NCBI GenBank assembly: GCA_051294375.1
Contig: CM119271.1
Location: forward strand, 16,331,434 to 16,395,433
DNA: 64,000 nt
Direction: 5' to 3'
Source of the DNA: Paraspadella gotoi
Lineage: Eukaryota > Animalia > Chaetognatha
This document shows positions 1 through 14,553 of this stretch, piece by piece (the stretch's first letter is position 1; the number at the start of each line of letters is the position of its first letter). The translations under genes were made by a program, and so were the position numbers. The notes beneath the pieces are model-generated. The model was given only the letters and a program-made list of their open reading frames with translations, had not been told where the DNA came from and ran no database searches.

Positions 1-1384
1 GAAAAAACCTGTTTCATGATTCAACTTCTGGTCATCCTGTTACTAGGCACCGATTGATCAAGAATCCACCAAAAGCGACTCCCATTGAACATTCTCCCAA
101 TATCCAACAGAGGAATCAACCAGTGGAATTCGAGGAAGATTGTAAAGACGTTAAAACCCTGATCTAACCAAATCTCGTGAATTATACACTGAAGCCCACA
201 AATTCGTCGACTTCGTATGGCATTCGATCACTGAAGTTTCAATGTGAATGGCTTCAGGTTATTTAAGAATCAAACTGGAAGAAGAACAAAGAAAGATGAG
301 AAATGGAGAGTATGGAAAAACTTGGGTTTCTGAAATATGAAAAAGTGTGCGAATGTAGATTTATAAAGATCAAACCAGTCGCAGTCTATAAATGGCAAAA
401 ATATACCCTTTAGTTTTTCTTTTTCTTCTTTCTTTTTTTCTTTTTCCTTTTGCCTTCATTGTTAAAAGTTTCTTCAGACGCGGGAGCTGAAACTGAAGTC
501 ATTTCCGTTTGTGATTCTGAAAAATCTTGAGCTGGAATTTCCACTGATGCTTGTGGCGAAGGAACCGAAGCGTCGGCCGCTTCCGCCATCTTAGTTGAAT
601 TGAGAGAAGTCAATGAGTTTGAAGAAAAGCATCGATCGTTCTAGGAAAGGGAATGAAGGATATAATGATTAGTAAAATAAAAAAGGTCTTAAATAAATCA
701 TCAATTTAAACCTAAAAGTGTGTCTTACCTATTTAGTACAAATCCAATAATGAAGAGATGAATTATTAGGGTCTTGTGGTTTAAGTACAACAAATAGTTT
801 GACGCCAAAGAAAACCGAATGGATCTGAAAATAAATGGTGAAGTTATTCTCCTAATGTTGTTTAAATCTAGTTAATTAAGTTAATTAGTTAAGTTGGTGT
901 TTACATAACTAATGAATACATCATAATTTATTACTCGCTAATGTCCAGGGTTATATATTTTTTATTTTTCTCTCTCTCTCCTAACTCTGGGATAATAAAT
1001 GTTTAATTATTTATCCACAATGAAGCAACATTTTACGGCGATATAAATGTAACCGCGCCTAGAGCAGTGACACTGAGGGTCCTAAGCCGCTACACAAACA
1101 ATTATGATATAAACGTTTGTCAATAATTTGATGATCATCTGTTAAGTAAAGATATAATTTTTTAAAAAGTTTTTAAAAGTGGAAACGTAACCTCTAACTA
1201 AGGTCGGGTAGGACTAACTGAGCCTAAGTAAAAATGGTGTAAAAAGGGGCGTATATTGGTAAGGAACTAAGGAAACGACGAAAAAGAGAAAAAAGGCAAA
1301 AATGGGAGGAACCGGGAGATGGTTAGAGAGAGGAAGCGTGAGTGAGAAACCTAAACCCTGGGCTCGACCCTGAATCCCCGGGAA

Positions 1385-1925
1385 GAGGGAGAGGAGGAAG
1401 AGGATGATGAGGAGGGGAAGAGGATGATGAGGAGGGGGAAGAGGATGATGAGGAGGGGAAGAGGAGATGGAGGGGAAGAGGATGATGAGGAGGAAGAAGA
1501 GGATGATGAGGGAGAAGAAGAGGATGATGAGGAGGAAGAAGAGGATGATGAGGAGTGGGAAGAGGATGATGAGGAGTGGGGAAGAGGATGATGAGGAGGG
1601 AAGAGGATGATGGAGGAGAAGAGGATGATGAGGAGGGGGAAGAGGATGATGAGGAGGGGAGGATGATGAGGAGGGGAAGAGATGATGAGAGGAAGAAGAG
1701 GATGATGATGAGGGGGAAGAGCATGATGAGAGTGGGAAGAGGATGATGAGGAGGAAGAAGAGGATGATGAGGAGGGGGAAGAGGATGATGAGGAGTGTGG
1801 GAAGAGGATGATGAGGAGTGGGAAGAGGATGATGAAGGGAGGAAGAAGAGGATGATGAGGAGGGGAAGAGGAGATGAGGAGGGGGAAGAGGAGATGAGGA
1901 GGGGGAAGAGGACGATGAGGAGGAG
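1385..1925. repeat. Purine-rich ~21-bp minisatellite (GAGGATGATGAGGAGGGGGAA)n
   Basis: Directly visible, with indel-variable units. Confidence 0.9.
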
Positions 1926-2744
1926 TGCCGGGTGCGAAGTCCTATCGGCTCTTTCTGGTAACTTACCTCAAAACAGAGTAAGTCGGTCTGAGACTTCGTC
2001 TTCTGAGCTTCAATTTTCATCGAATCTCGATTTGCGTCTCAATGATTTGACTTCGTTTTGAGATGGGACTAAGATTTTCAAAAGAAAATGAATACAACGA
2101 ATCAAATTAATATTTTTAATAATTTATTATTTAATAACTGTAATAAAAATATGAATATATATATATAATATAAAATAAAACACGTGCAAATGAGGGTAAA
2201 ATACAAAGTGGATGAAAAAATAATTAACAAAACATAGTACAAATAGATCTAATTTATTTCTTGGCAATTATAAAAAACAAACAATTCCTCTTTTCACGCA
2301 AATTTACTTAGGGGTAAATATTCCATCTTCTGAAGTTGACGTATAAACTTTGAAAAACATTGTTGCAAACGTCTGAAATCATATGTTAATTGCATAGATT
2401 ACTATTGCGTAAAGAGCCATAGTTGTAAACCATATTAAGAATGCTAAATATATTCTATTTACCTTAGGATAAAATCTTCCAGAATTAAAATACTTGACGA
2501 ACGAACTATTTCCAATCGTTGTCCTGGATTTTAAAATTCGATCTCAACTTCCACTTTTTATTCCAGTTTTTATCTCAGGATCGAAGTCGAGGCACTCTCT
2601 AAAGAAAATTTGATTAATAGGGTAAAATTCGTGTAACATCAAAATCATAAACTGCAAGTAACTCAGTTTATTAATATTAAACCTCTCTCAAGGGGAACTC
2701 TGACGTCAGGTCACGGATCTTGAAGTGAGTGAACGCGTCGCTGC

Positions 2745-3075
2745 CGACAGTGAATGCTTCGAGGTTGTGAGGCGCCAGTCAGGCTTAGTCATTTGTCATT
2801 TTCGTCAGTGTCACTTGGCACTTTAGTCAGTGTCACTGGTCACTTTTTCAGTATCACTGGTCACTTTCATCAGTATCACTGGTCACTTTCATCAGTGTCA
2901 CTATCACTCTGTTCACTCAGTGAACAGAGTTCTGTTCAGTTCAGTTCAGTGTCACTGATCACTTTTGTCAGGGTTACTGGCGACTTTGGCCAGTGTCACT
3001 GGTCATTTTTGCCTGTGCCAATGATCACTTGGGCCAGTGTCACTGGTCATTTTCAAGAATATCACTGGTCGCTTT
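2745..3075 (+). repeat. Dispersed repeat with ~20-bp subrepeats containing palindrome CAGTG-T-CACTG; second direct copy at 4867-5125
   Basis: Both copies start GACAGTGAATGCTTCGAGGTTGTGAGG and continue with (TCAGTGTCACTGGTCACTTT)-like units. Confidence 0.85.
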
Positions 3076-6000
3076 GTTTGTACTTTCGAATTTCATTTTT
3101 TTCCACTTTTATCTTTCCTCTTTTCTCTTTCCACTTTCCACTTTTTTCTTTCCACTTTTTTCTTTCTACTTTCTACTTTTTTCTTTCCACTTTCCACTGT
3201 TTCTACCAGAATCACGGTACCAAAATTAAGTTTATCAAATTATTTTGCCTAAATTTTGACTAAATTAAAAAACCACTTGACTCAAGTCTCTAATCTTGAG
3301 TTATTGACAGTTTTTAAACTTTGATATATTTCTCTCTCTCTCTCTCTCTCTCCCTCTCTCTCTTTCTCTCTCAAAATATCTCGCAATAACTAAATAGTTG
3401 GGCCTTGGAACCGATAAAATCACTCAGTGCAACGAATGAGGAGTGAAGAGGAGCAAAGTCGAGTTTAGTGGAGCGTAGAGTCAAACTGATAGGAAATTTG
3501 AAATTTAGTTTAATAATGATGAATAAATGAATAAATGCTTGTAGCAGGAAAGCTTGTAATAAGCTTGTTTCCTCTTTATTTTCTCTTTCGTTTTTTTCCT
3601 TTTGACACAAAATTGATTCGAAAGTCAAACTGAATCAAGGATTTTTAGTCAGATCTGCTTATAGCAGATTTCGGCTTAACGATTCACTTTGTCGGTCCGT
3701 CGGTCCTTAAATCCTTAAATCCTTAAATCATGTCAGAACATCAAATTATGATAACTTATGTGAAAAAATGATATCCGTATGTCTGTCTGTCTGTCTGTCA
3801 GTCGTCCGTCCGTCCGTCCGTCCGTCCGTTAATAAAATAATTATTTGATTAATTAATTATTTGATTAATAAATTAGGAGAGAGAAAACGGTAAGATAAGA
3901 ATAAGAGCTGTCAAACAAAGAAATGATGATGGGGACAAAAAATTAAATAAATCTATCATCTAATCATCTGCTTATCGCTAATTATTGTGCGCAAATGTGA
4001 ACAGAGCCAGTATTGTTTGCTCAATCTTGTTATGATAAACTTGTCATCGCTAATTAGTTTTAATTCGGCAATGGAGAAGAGTGGGCGACTTATTTGTACC
4101 GATCCGGTTTCTGCTATTAATTCGCTCAAATGCAGTTTTGAGATTATAACTTTTACTTATAGTATAAGGACTTACTTTTATGTTAAGTCCGTCCGTCCGT
4201 CCGTCCGTCCGTCCGTCCGTTTGTTTACTCTAGAAAAAAGAAATTTTTCGAAAAACCGCAGCGCCTCTTACGGAAAAAAACTACGAGAAAACAGAATTTG
4301 ACTTCGTAGTGAATAACGAGGGTAATAAAGAAATCGAAAAAAGCTCATGTCTTAATTAATTCTTTATAGGTAGCAGTAGTTCTACACTGAACACTAATTA
4401 ATTTCGGAGCTTAAAATATTTTTAAAAACTTTGTATTTGTATTTTTCATTAAGACGGGTCCTAAGACCATGTGAACAATCAGTGGCACAACCCGGCGACC
4501 CAATCTGGAAGCGTGAGGACGGCCTGGTTACAATTCCTGGACCCGTTCTATAGCTGCTTATGTAGCATCCGTCAAGAATTTCTCAGATAGCAAGCTCTCT
4601 AACTCCTATAGTTACGGTTATTTAGATACAATTTAAATTGACAATTTGACGTTTAAAATTTATACATGAAATTTATCCAAAGCCAAAGGAAAGGCAAAAT
4701 TCAAAATTCAAGAAATTCAAAAGGTAGATAATGTATCATTTCATTTATCATTTCATATAGTTCTCACGGTTTCTGACTGCAAATTACACAAAAAATAGTG
4801 GAAGCTTGTCTTTTACAAATTCATAACAGAAGTGAAGTGTCAAAACACTTTGATAAAAAACTTGGACGACAGTGAATGCTTCGAGGTTGTGAGGTGCCAG
4901 TCAGGCTTGGTCATTTGTCATTTTAGTCAATGTCACTTGACACTTTAGTTAGTGTCACTGGTCACTTTTTTCAGTATCACTGGTCACTTTCATCAGTGTC
5001 AGTATCACTCTGTTCAGTGTCACTATTGACTTTTGTCAGTGTCACTGGTCACTTTGGCTGGTGTCACTGGTCATTTTAGTCAGCGTCAATAATCACTTGG
5101 GTCAGTGTCACTGGTCACTTTCATCAATGTTCATTCCTCAATTTAAAAATTTTAATTACTGTTAAATTTATAATTTTTACTACCAAGTATTAATTAAAAT
5201 GACTCAGTATTTCTTGTCATTTGGCGACTTTTTAGGTGATCACGTTCTCAAATATGATACCATGTGATACCATATGATACCATAAACTGCACATTGAAGG
5301 TCTTATGGTACTTTACCATCATACCAAATATAGACTTGATTGATATATTATTAGCAGAGTCATAAAATTTTAGGTCCGAAACAGAGTGTTTTTATGTTTA
5401 CCGATAGAAAACGATGAAATTGCACTCTCAAACAACCATGTCATCTGACGGGAGAAAAGGTAAAACAAATAAAAGGTTTGGCAGTTTTTGTTAATAATTG
5501 AATCTGAATACAATTGTTTTACTTTTTTTAAATTTAAGAGAATCATCAATTATGTATTGTCTAGTTAAATTTATCTCTTCTGATAATCATTCCTTGCGTT
5601 TGTTTTTATTTCTATCGAAAAGAATGTTTGTTATACTTTGTCCTTGAATTAGAATCTTGTCCTCTCTGTAGTCGTGACTTGTTACTAGAAAATAACTACT
5701 GTTGCTTACGCTTAACGAAAATAAAAATAAAAATAAAAATATAAATGAAGTCATTATGTTTTGGCCAGAGATTTTTGCTATAATCTCTCGTCACTTACTC
5801 TCTTTTTTCTCTTTTTCTTATTTTTTCTTCTTATTTTTCTTTTTCTTATTTTATTCTTTTCCACTCTTTTAGTTTTCAAAATATATTGATCCCCGATCAA
5901 TATTTTTTCAATTCATTGGTTTTTACCAGCTTTAAAGTATTCATAAAGTTTTTAGACATTATTAAAGTACAATTTTTCTCTATTTTTACTACCAAAAATA

Positions 6001-6609
6001 CAGATTGCATGCAAATGGCCAAAAAAATTGAGGACTTTACAGAACTGCTGTCTTGTAGTTTTCGTCATTGACTGGAGAAGTTCGGCCAGACTTTCCAATT
6101 TTGCAGCAACATACGAAGGCGAGATTGACAATGAGAACAATCCATTCAACTACAGTCAAGACACAGAACCCGATCCAAAGGCCAGTGTTTCCTCCGAGGT
6201 CAGAAACAAGGTTAATGAACTGACAAAGATCAAATTAAAAAAACATTCAGTTTCATTTACATTTTTTCTTGTTATTCTGTAATTTAGTGTATTTTTACCT
6301 CATAGTTAGGTTTTTCTTTGATTAGTTCATAGTTCAGAAGTTTGTAAAAAATACGGAGTCGAACAAGATTGTGTCTGTAAAGTGAAATTCTCATATTTAA
6401 ATGGCAAAATGATCACATTTAAAATGAGGCTTATTTTTAAAAATATGGCATGCCCAATTGCTCATTGCCCCATTCGTTCGTGGTTATCTAGAAAATCGCC
6501 TGTCAACCTTCTATAATGAACATTTTTCCATGGGTCCCATGTTAGGATAACGGTATCAGGTTAGCTTTATTCAATTGTTAATGATATTAAGCCACAAATA
6601 GTAAATTTA

Positions 6610-9600
6610 CCTAACTTTGCTTTCAAATTTGTCAGTTTCTTCCGCATTCCAATATTCATTATCTTTGTACCAAGATTTAGAAAGAGTTTTTCTCCTCGCT
6701 TCGTCAGGAAGACTAAAAATCAAACGCGTTGCTTCGTTTTTCATTAATTTTTCTGCGACTTCGAAATAATTTTTGTCCGATGGATAATGAGCTGTGCTGA
6801 TTTCCGATGTGTAGGTTATTTCGCTTTAAAAAATAAAAAATTGATTAGCTTTTGATAAATTTTAATTGTCAAAAGTTTATAACAAGAATGTTGAATTCTT
6901 TGGCTACTCACGAACAAGCATTTGGACACTGTTCTGCTTCAACATCAGGAAAACCCAAAGCGCCGCAGCCTTATGGGAACACAAAAAAATTGGACCAAAG
7001 ATTTTATTAATTAATTTGAATTTAGTCTAAAGCTTTGTGAATACAATTTAAATTTTTTTTCTTACTGAATTTCGTCTTAAAATCCTTTTTGACAGAATGA
7101 ACGCATTTTGAATCTTTAGTTTGACAATAAATAAAATTCTTTTTTTCTTCGTCGTCTCCAGCGTAAGGAGTGACTCGCTCTCTACAAATGCAGTTTTCTT
7201 TAATGCTTTCATAGAGACAAATACTCTCGCAGTTCTGTGGAAGATACAAATACAAATATAGATACATAAATAGTTTAAACGTTTAAATTTAAAAGAACAA
7301 ATAGTAGTAATATTTAGTTTTACATTCATCAACCCTATCACATAATCTCACTGGATCTTAAATCAATAAAAATGGTTAATTTTGCTTTAAAAAAACTTTT
7401 ATTATTCATTAACTTGATGAAGCTTATTTTAATTCACAAGCAACAAATTGATTATACAGATCTTTTACAATTTCATTTACCTGCACAGAATAAGTCTTTA
7501 AATCAAACTTCTCAACCAAGCGATTTATGTGAGGATAATTTGTAATCAAATCAGTTTTATCTGTGATGTTGATACATTCACCGTATGGTTTTCCTTTCCG
7601 TGAAAGCGTCAGCTAAAATGTTTAATTATACGTTTTAAACTAGGTTCTGATCGATATATTTATATATTGATTGAGAAAACCTTTCGAATGCTAATAGAAG
7701 TCATTGAACCAGCAGAGACATAAAATCCATTTTCGTAAGGATAAGCGGAAGTTTTTGGCGGATGCAACTCAATTCTCGCTCCTGAAAGTGACTTTTATTT
7801 TAACTGACATATTAAAACAAGTTCATCCCTATAAATGTTTTAAATAAGAAAGGTTAAACTGTACCGACATTGCTAGAGAAAGTGTATTCATCTGTATTGA
7901 GAAAAAGAAGTAACTCCATTCCAGCAGCTGGACCAGTGAACCTGGACACTCTGGGACCAGACTGAGGAAATTGCAGACAGCGACCATATCGCTCTGAGGG
8001 GAAATATCCAAAGTCACTGAGATAGAAAGAAAAAGAAAAAAATAAAAACATTTGGTTTCTGTTAAGTTGTAGAGAAATAGAAAAGAATCTTATTTGTTAA
8101 TTGGTTTGGATACTTCTTGGACAAAGCATTTTTTTTTAATTTTTGAATTGTAATATTATTGATTTTACTTTTTATAAATTATTTTTTTCGACTTTTTTTT
8201 TAAATTAAGAAACAATTTGGGGGAAAAATGATTAAGGATTGATAATTTTTTAAAACCGTTTTGATATGTTTTTTCCAATAGTTAATTAAGTGTTTTATTC
8301 TAATATATAGTTATTGATTATTTAATTAATTGAATCACCTTGGCGAACATTTACTTCCACTAAAAACGCAGGAAATAATCATTTCTTCTCTCGTTTGAGA
8401 TAAATTTGCCAAAGCCGCGTATTTCATTGTGGCCAGCTTTTCGCGAAGCAAAGATTTAGCTAAAGTTTATCATTAATAAAAATGCGTTTCTGAGATTGCG
8501 TTGGGTTTAGCTATCTTCTTTGTTTTTATTGACAACGGTATGGTGGACTAAAATCCATCAACCGTTCATCAGCGGCAATTGGTGCCGGAGGCAAGTCATT
8601 CGCCTCCCAACCCAAAAGGTCCGGGGTTCTAACCCGGTGGTCACCTAGCAGTTAAGAGGGACGGGGCGCTTAACCCGCCTGTAACACGTTGTTACAGCCT
8701 GATCCGAAGCTCAGCGACTGTTTATATTGAACGTTTCTGTCATTAACTCATAACAATAGTTTCTGTCTTTTCAACGGCGTTATTCTGAATTGTGACGGGC
8801 CGGTTGCCTCTCTGCTATCAGAAGCCCTCTTGAATCTAACATGGAACTGGGCAAGATACTTATTTAACTTTTAACTTCATATAGTAATTCTTAACAATGA
8901 CGTATTGACAATCATACCTTTTTCATCAGTTGCAAGCGGTTCTTTCGGTCTACATCTTTCATATTCCTCTAATTCTTCAGGTGATAAATATTCTGTATCG
9001 ATTTCATAATCTTTATCCTCATATCCGTAATCATAATTATATTCGTAATTGTTGCCACCATCTAAAAAATTGACAAACAAAGAAAATAATGAATTAAAAT
9101 TTTGAGTATTATATCAATTTTATTATCGAGACNNNNNNNNNNTTTTTTTTACAAAAAATTTATATATATATATACAGCGGACTTACCAATGTAGAAGACG
9201 ATGCTGCGAGCAGTTCACCATCCATTATCCTTTAATTTTTATTTTTATTTTCGCTTTTCTTGTGTGAATCAGCAGGGGACGAACCCGAATGCTTTTGGTT
9301 GAGAGTTGCTCGCGCTAACTCTGGGGCCATAGGTACTTTGAATTGGTATTTGAACGAGTAAAGGGGCTGTTGAGCTTCTCTCTCTCTCTCTGAAGCGGTT
9401 GTCCAGTGGCTGTCCAGCGGCTGTCAGGTCTCCCACTCTCTCTCTCTCTTTTAATTATATGCCGCTCTCTCTCTCTCTCTCTCTTTTTCTTCTAAATAGG
9501 GGTTGCCCCTCTTAAATGGGGTGAGTCAAAAATTAGTATGGAACATGCTCAAACGAAAATTATGCATTTAAAGTATACTTTCAATGTACAAAAAAATTCT

Positions 9601-11425
9601 TATATGGCTCTATACCCAAATATTTATTTTTTAATATTTATTTTATAAAAAGGAAAGGAGTTCGACACTACTTATATTCAGATTCGTCTAAAACGAGTTC
9701 AGCTCTGAAAGCCGGTAGTCAGGATACGTTTATGTTTGGAAACAAAGTTCGTACACACTCTCTCTCTCTCTATCTCCTCACACTTCAAATACACGCCGTT
9801 TGTTTGTTTTATTTACGAATGAATGATCATCGCGTCAATGATGACTATCATCGCATCAATCATTTGGTTATCATAGCATCAATATTTGGTCGCATCAATA
9901 AATTACTATTACATCAATCAATCAATCAATTAATATTACATCAATCAATCAATTATTATTACATCAATCAATCAATTACTATTACATCAATCAATTAATC
10001 AATTACTATGGTTATCATCGCATCAATGAATGACTATCATCTCAAAAATAAAAAACAATTTCTATCTTTTTTTCCGGTTTATGGTTTAACTACCAAACAA
10101 TGTATCTAGTTATCAAGTTCCATTAGTGAGGCAGTGAGGAAGTTGAAATATGTGTCTATTTTCTTTGTTTCATATCGATTTTTCATTAATTTTTTTTGAT
10201 AGTAAGGTCTGTCAAGATCCTTATACTTTTAAGATTTTTTTATTGTATAATAACCTTTCTAACTAATGTCCTTTCTACTTTTGTTGTTATATACCTGATA
10301 TATCAAAGTGTCTACCTTAACATATTATCAAATGTACAAATTAATAACATAAAACTTTTATATAACATTTAATTTTTTTTGACTCTGTTTTATTGTTACA
10401 GAAATTCATCTGATAAAAATCCATACCAAGGCCTGCATCTGGGTCTACATCAGGGTCTGCATCCGGGTCTGCATCTGGGTCTGCATCTGGGTCTGCATCT
10501 GAATCGACATTTGAATTTGCTTGTTGATTGTAGTTAAAACCCATTTTAAGCAGTCAGGATCTTTTGATGGCTGAAAATGTGTTTTTAAAAATTAGGAAAT
10601 TAATTGTATTCTCAAGTTGATTATTTACTTAATTGAATTTTTAATTAAAAAAGAAATCATATAATTAACTTACATCGATATTTCTTCTTCCACCAAATAT
10701 TTCAGCTTCTTGAGTTTTGTTGAATGCATCCGGGTATAAATAGTAGTTATACAATCTTTTTGAAATATGAAAAAAAACCAATACTGCATTAAATTAATGA
10801 TCTTACAACTTAAGGTCAAAACCTGAGCAAAATCTTCATTTTCAGCGATTTTCCTTCTTTGCACAGGATTCAAATTACAAATTGTGATGTATAGGAAAAG
10901 TTTGATGTTTTGCAGTTTGATAACTGATTTCTGTGGCCACTTCAAACCTGGAAATATTCAAATTTTAATAATAAGAGCTAATAATCTAAATATGACATTT
11001 CGTTTATTAAATTTAAGCTGGGAGAATTTTATGAAATAGTATAATTAAATAAGGGTCATTACGCAAACTAAATTTAAAAATTAAAGTTTGAATTGTGGAT
11101 AGTTTATAATTAAGCAATTTTATGAGATTTTTTATTTGTAAAAATTGCATTTAAATTTCTGACAAAGATATTTTACTATCAAAATAATAAATGTATTTTA
11201 TTTCAAATTTAGCTTTCAATTTTTTTTTCACTCTATAGTTTTCTCAAATACTCTCACCGTCTGTATTTCAGTATCAAAATAGGCAACTTGATACAGAGCA
11301 GCAGCCATGCTCCATAAAAGCAAGAGCCAAAAAATCCTGCCCATCTTTGTCGATCGCCAACAACGTGAGCTAAACCGACAAGCGATGTTGTCTCTGCGAA
11401 ATCTTTAACTCTTCTCCCGCTGAAG
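6610..11425 (-). pseudogene. DEG/ENaC (amiloride-sensitive channel family) gene, frameshifted in the 5' exons, TM2 exons not found
   Basis: Exon peptides KDFAETTSLVG...GRIFWLLLL (TM1, ~11255-11420); FP.ITICNLNP (~10820-10927); EEMIISCVFSGSKC (8339-8459); YGRCLQF...GPAAGMELLL (7865-8016); GARIELHP (7681-7781); GKPYGEC...YSVQ (7481-7612); NCESIC...CICR (from 7234); ITYTSEISTAHYPS (~6615-6825). Overall boundaries approximate. Confidence 0.8.
8539..8773 (+). mobile_element. tRNA-Gly-containing ~230-bp element (solo-LTR-like), copy 1
   Basis: TATGGTGG...TTCA; 4-bp TSD ACGG; tRNA-like core. Confidence 0.85.
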
Positions 11426-11835
11426 TTGGGAGTTCCTTAGAAATTGCGAGAGAGATTATTATTTTGATCACAGGAAGATAATAATTATTTCTGTCAAGCA
11501 AAAAGAATAACTGGTCCATGAGACCCGTCTATCTTCAGTTAGATTTAATGCCCTCGTTTAGGTTAATGTTTGATAGAAACTCAAACTTGCCTCACAACCG
11601 ACAATCAATCAATCAATGATAGATTTGGCGAACAAACCAATTTACATGTGTGCTCTAGGTTCATGTATGAGAAGCGCACATAAGTTAGTTTTTCAATCAT
11701 AATTGCATTATAAATAAGTTAGTTTGAAAAAAAAAATTTAATTATTATATGATTTGAAAAAATAATTTAAAAGAGAGAAATTTCAATGTATAAAATCCAA
11801 AGTACATAAATTTTAAAGTTTTAGAATCTTTAAAT

Positions 11836-12058
11836 TATGGTGGACAAAATCCACCACCCGTTCATCGGTGTCCATTGGTGCCGGGAGGCAAGTCATTCGC
11901 CAAAAGTCCGGGGTTCTAGCCCGGTGGTCGCCTTGCTGTTAAGAGGGACGGGGTGCTTAACCCGCCCGTAACTCGGTGTTACAGCCTGATCCGAAGCTCA
12001 GGGACTGCTTATATGAATGGTCTATCACTAACACATAATAATAATTACTGTCTCTTTA
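11836..12058 (+). mobile_element. tRNA-Gly-containing ~230-bp element, copy 2
   Basis: Same sequence with a small deletion; 4-bp TSD AAAT. Confidence 0.8.
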
Positions 12059-12891
12059 AAATATTTATATTTTTAAGTTTAACTTTAAAAAAAATAAACT
12101 CACCTCATCGTCGCACATGTTTCGTTTTAAATAATTAAAACTGTACAAAATTGTTAAAAGAATTGGTTTCTGTGTTGCTATTTATTTTTGGTTGTTAGCG
12201 ATACACATAGAAAAAACAAAAGTTTAAATTATTAAAATATATAAATAATAACTAATTTTATTTCGTCCCAGGAAACTTATATTTCCTAAATTGGATACTA
12301 AAGAATCATGAAGGATTTTCATGTTTTTGTTCCTAAGAAATTTTTTTTCATCCAAAGCAAAATATTGAGGCGTTTTATGAAAATTGATTTTTAAAATAAA
12401 TGCGGTGCCCATCATTTGATGTAAAATTATTTACAAATGAATTTACATAACATAATTTTGTTTTACTTAAGAAAAGATAATAGTTTGTAAACCCAGTATT
12501 GAGTTAACCTCAATGACAATAATAAGTCCCATTAACTTTTTTTCATCTCGTTTATACAAACGCATCGATGGGTCATCTTCGTCATCATCGTCGTCGTCAT
12601 CATCGTCGTCTTCGTCGTCGTCGTCATCATCGTCGTCTTCGTCGTCGGCATCGTCATCGTCGTTGTCACGCTATTTCTTCTCTCTTTTTAATTTTCTCTC
12701 GTGCGTTAAGATAAACACTATCTTCAATCTTGGACACGAACCCGTTTTCAAAATTATATTAGTTGATTAATTCGTTTTGTAATTAATAGAAATTCCAAAG
12801 TGTTCATTTGGTAAAATTGTACATTCACTGTTTAGTAGAGCGTAGTGAAAATTGCGTACGGAAATTCTAAAAGTCAATTATGAACAACATA

Positions 12892-12991
12892 NNNNNNNNN
12901 NNNNNNNNNNNNNNNNNNNNNNNNNNNNNNNNNNNNNNNNNNNNNNNNNNNNNNNNNNNNNNNNNNNNNNNNNNNNNNNNNNNNNNNNNNN
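12892..12991. other. Scaffold gap (100 N); a second short gap at 9133-9141
   Basis: N runs in the sequence. Confidence 0.99.
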
Positions 12992-13579
12992 GGAAAAAAT
13001 TGGAAAAATTCCAATTGTAAACCATTGTAACATTTTTTGCCTTTCTTTTATTTCTTTTATTTCTTTTATTCTTTTATTTCAGAAAAAACGAGTTCAGTTT
13101 CTGCACTGACTGTACAGCGGCCTTCAAGCAGCTGTCCAGCTTTGTCTCTCTTTCTCTCTCTTTCTCTCTCTTCTCTTTCTGTCTCTTTCTCTCTTTACGA
13201 TCTCTTGCGTCATCGTTCTTTTTTGAAAAATTATGATTATGTTTTTTTTTCTAAAAACTTTTATTCGGGGCTTTTTTCTCAATACAAAATCCCAAATTTA
13301 CATCCGAGATTTTCGTGGATACATTTTAAAAAAAGTGAAGAATAACTTATATTGACATGCATTGTCACATGTAAATCAGCTAATGTGACTTATTATATAT
13401 GCAGCACTTTCGGCGAACAATATTTTTTTTTTTTTTTTTTTTTTTTTTATTAATACCAAAAACAGTATTGACAAAATCAAAAACAGTATCAGTGTAAAAA
13501 ACTAGAAAGCAGTAAACAAGTAAAACTAAACTATTAAAATTCAACAGAAAAAAAAAAAAAAAAAAAAAAAAAAAAGACA

Positions 13580-14327
13580 CAATATGCATTACATTTAAAA
13601 AAAATAAATTTGTATTTATTTATTATTGTAACTTTGAACCGGTTGGCCACTATTGGCAAATTATATCTAAAATAGGAGTTGATAAGAGAGATATAGTCAA
13701 ATTAAACATTACTTTTTTTGTTATTCTGATAATTTATACTATTATTAAATTATAAATATTTTTAGTGTATATATTTAATCATTTTTATCTTTTTTTTAAA
13801 TAATAATTATTTGAGTTGTGATAACTATTTATAAATTAATTAAATATGCAAATATAAAATTTGACCTCGTCTGGTTTCTTCCTAAAAAAAGAACAATCAA
13901 AAATTTCATTCAAGATTAAAATTTTTTAAAATGAGGAAAAAAAAAATATTGGAAGTCAAAAATATCATAGTCGTTAACTGAGTATTTTCAACTATATATT
14001 TTGTTAATAGGGATTATAATTTTTGGATCATTATTATTGAAAAGAGTTTAGCTTTATCAAGTTTTTTTTCTTCTGAATAGGGGTAGCCCCTCTCAATGGG
14101 GTGAATCAAAAATTTAGTATGGGAACATGCTCAAACGAAAATTTATGCATTTTTAAGTTTACTTTCAATGTACAAAAAATTTCTTATATGGCTCTATACC
14201 CAAATATTTATTTTGTAATATTTTTTTATAGAAAGGAAAAAGAGTTCGTCCCTACTCATATTCGTCGGAAAATGAGTTCAGCTCTGCAGCGGCGGTCCAG
14301 CGGCGGTCCAGCGGCTGTCCAGCTTCT

Positions 14328-14365
<38 letters not shown>

Positions 14366-14503
14366 CCTTCTAAAACTTTTATTATCGCCATTTATTCCGC
14401 GCTTTTTTCTCAATACAAAATCCCAAATTTACATCCGAGATTTTCGTGGATTTTATCCCTAAAAATTCTGATTGCGTTTCGTTGGCGGGAAAACTGTCCA
14501 GCC

Positions 14504-14553
<50 letters not shown>

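Noticed and set aside
410-830. Spliced gene at the window start
   Set aside because: Splice-like sites exist, but phases do not join cleanly and no family is recognisable.
1214-2061. Long S/H/P/L-rich ORFs
   Set aside because: Products of a stop-free purine minisatellite; unit indels break any consistent frame.
9268-9335. tRNA gene on the minus strand
   Set aside because: Only a degenerate A/B-box-like pattern; probably a SINE relic.
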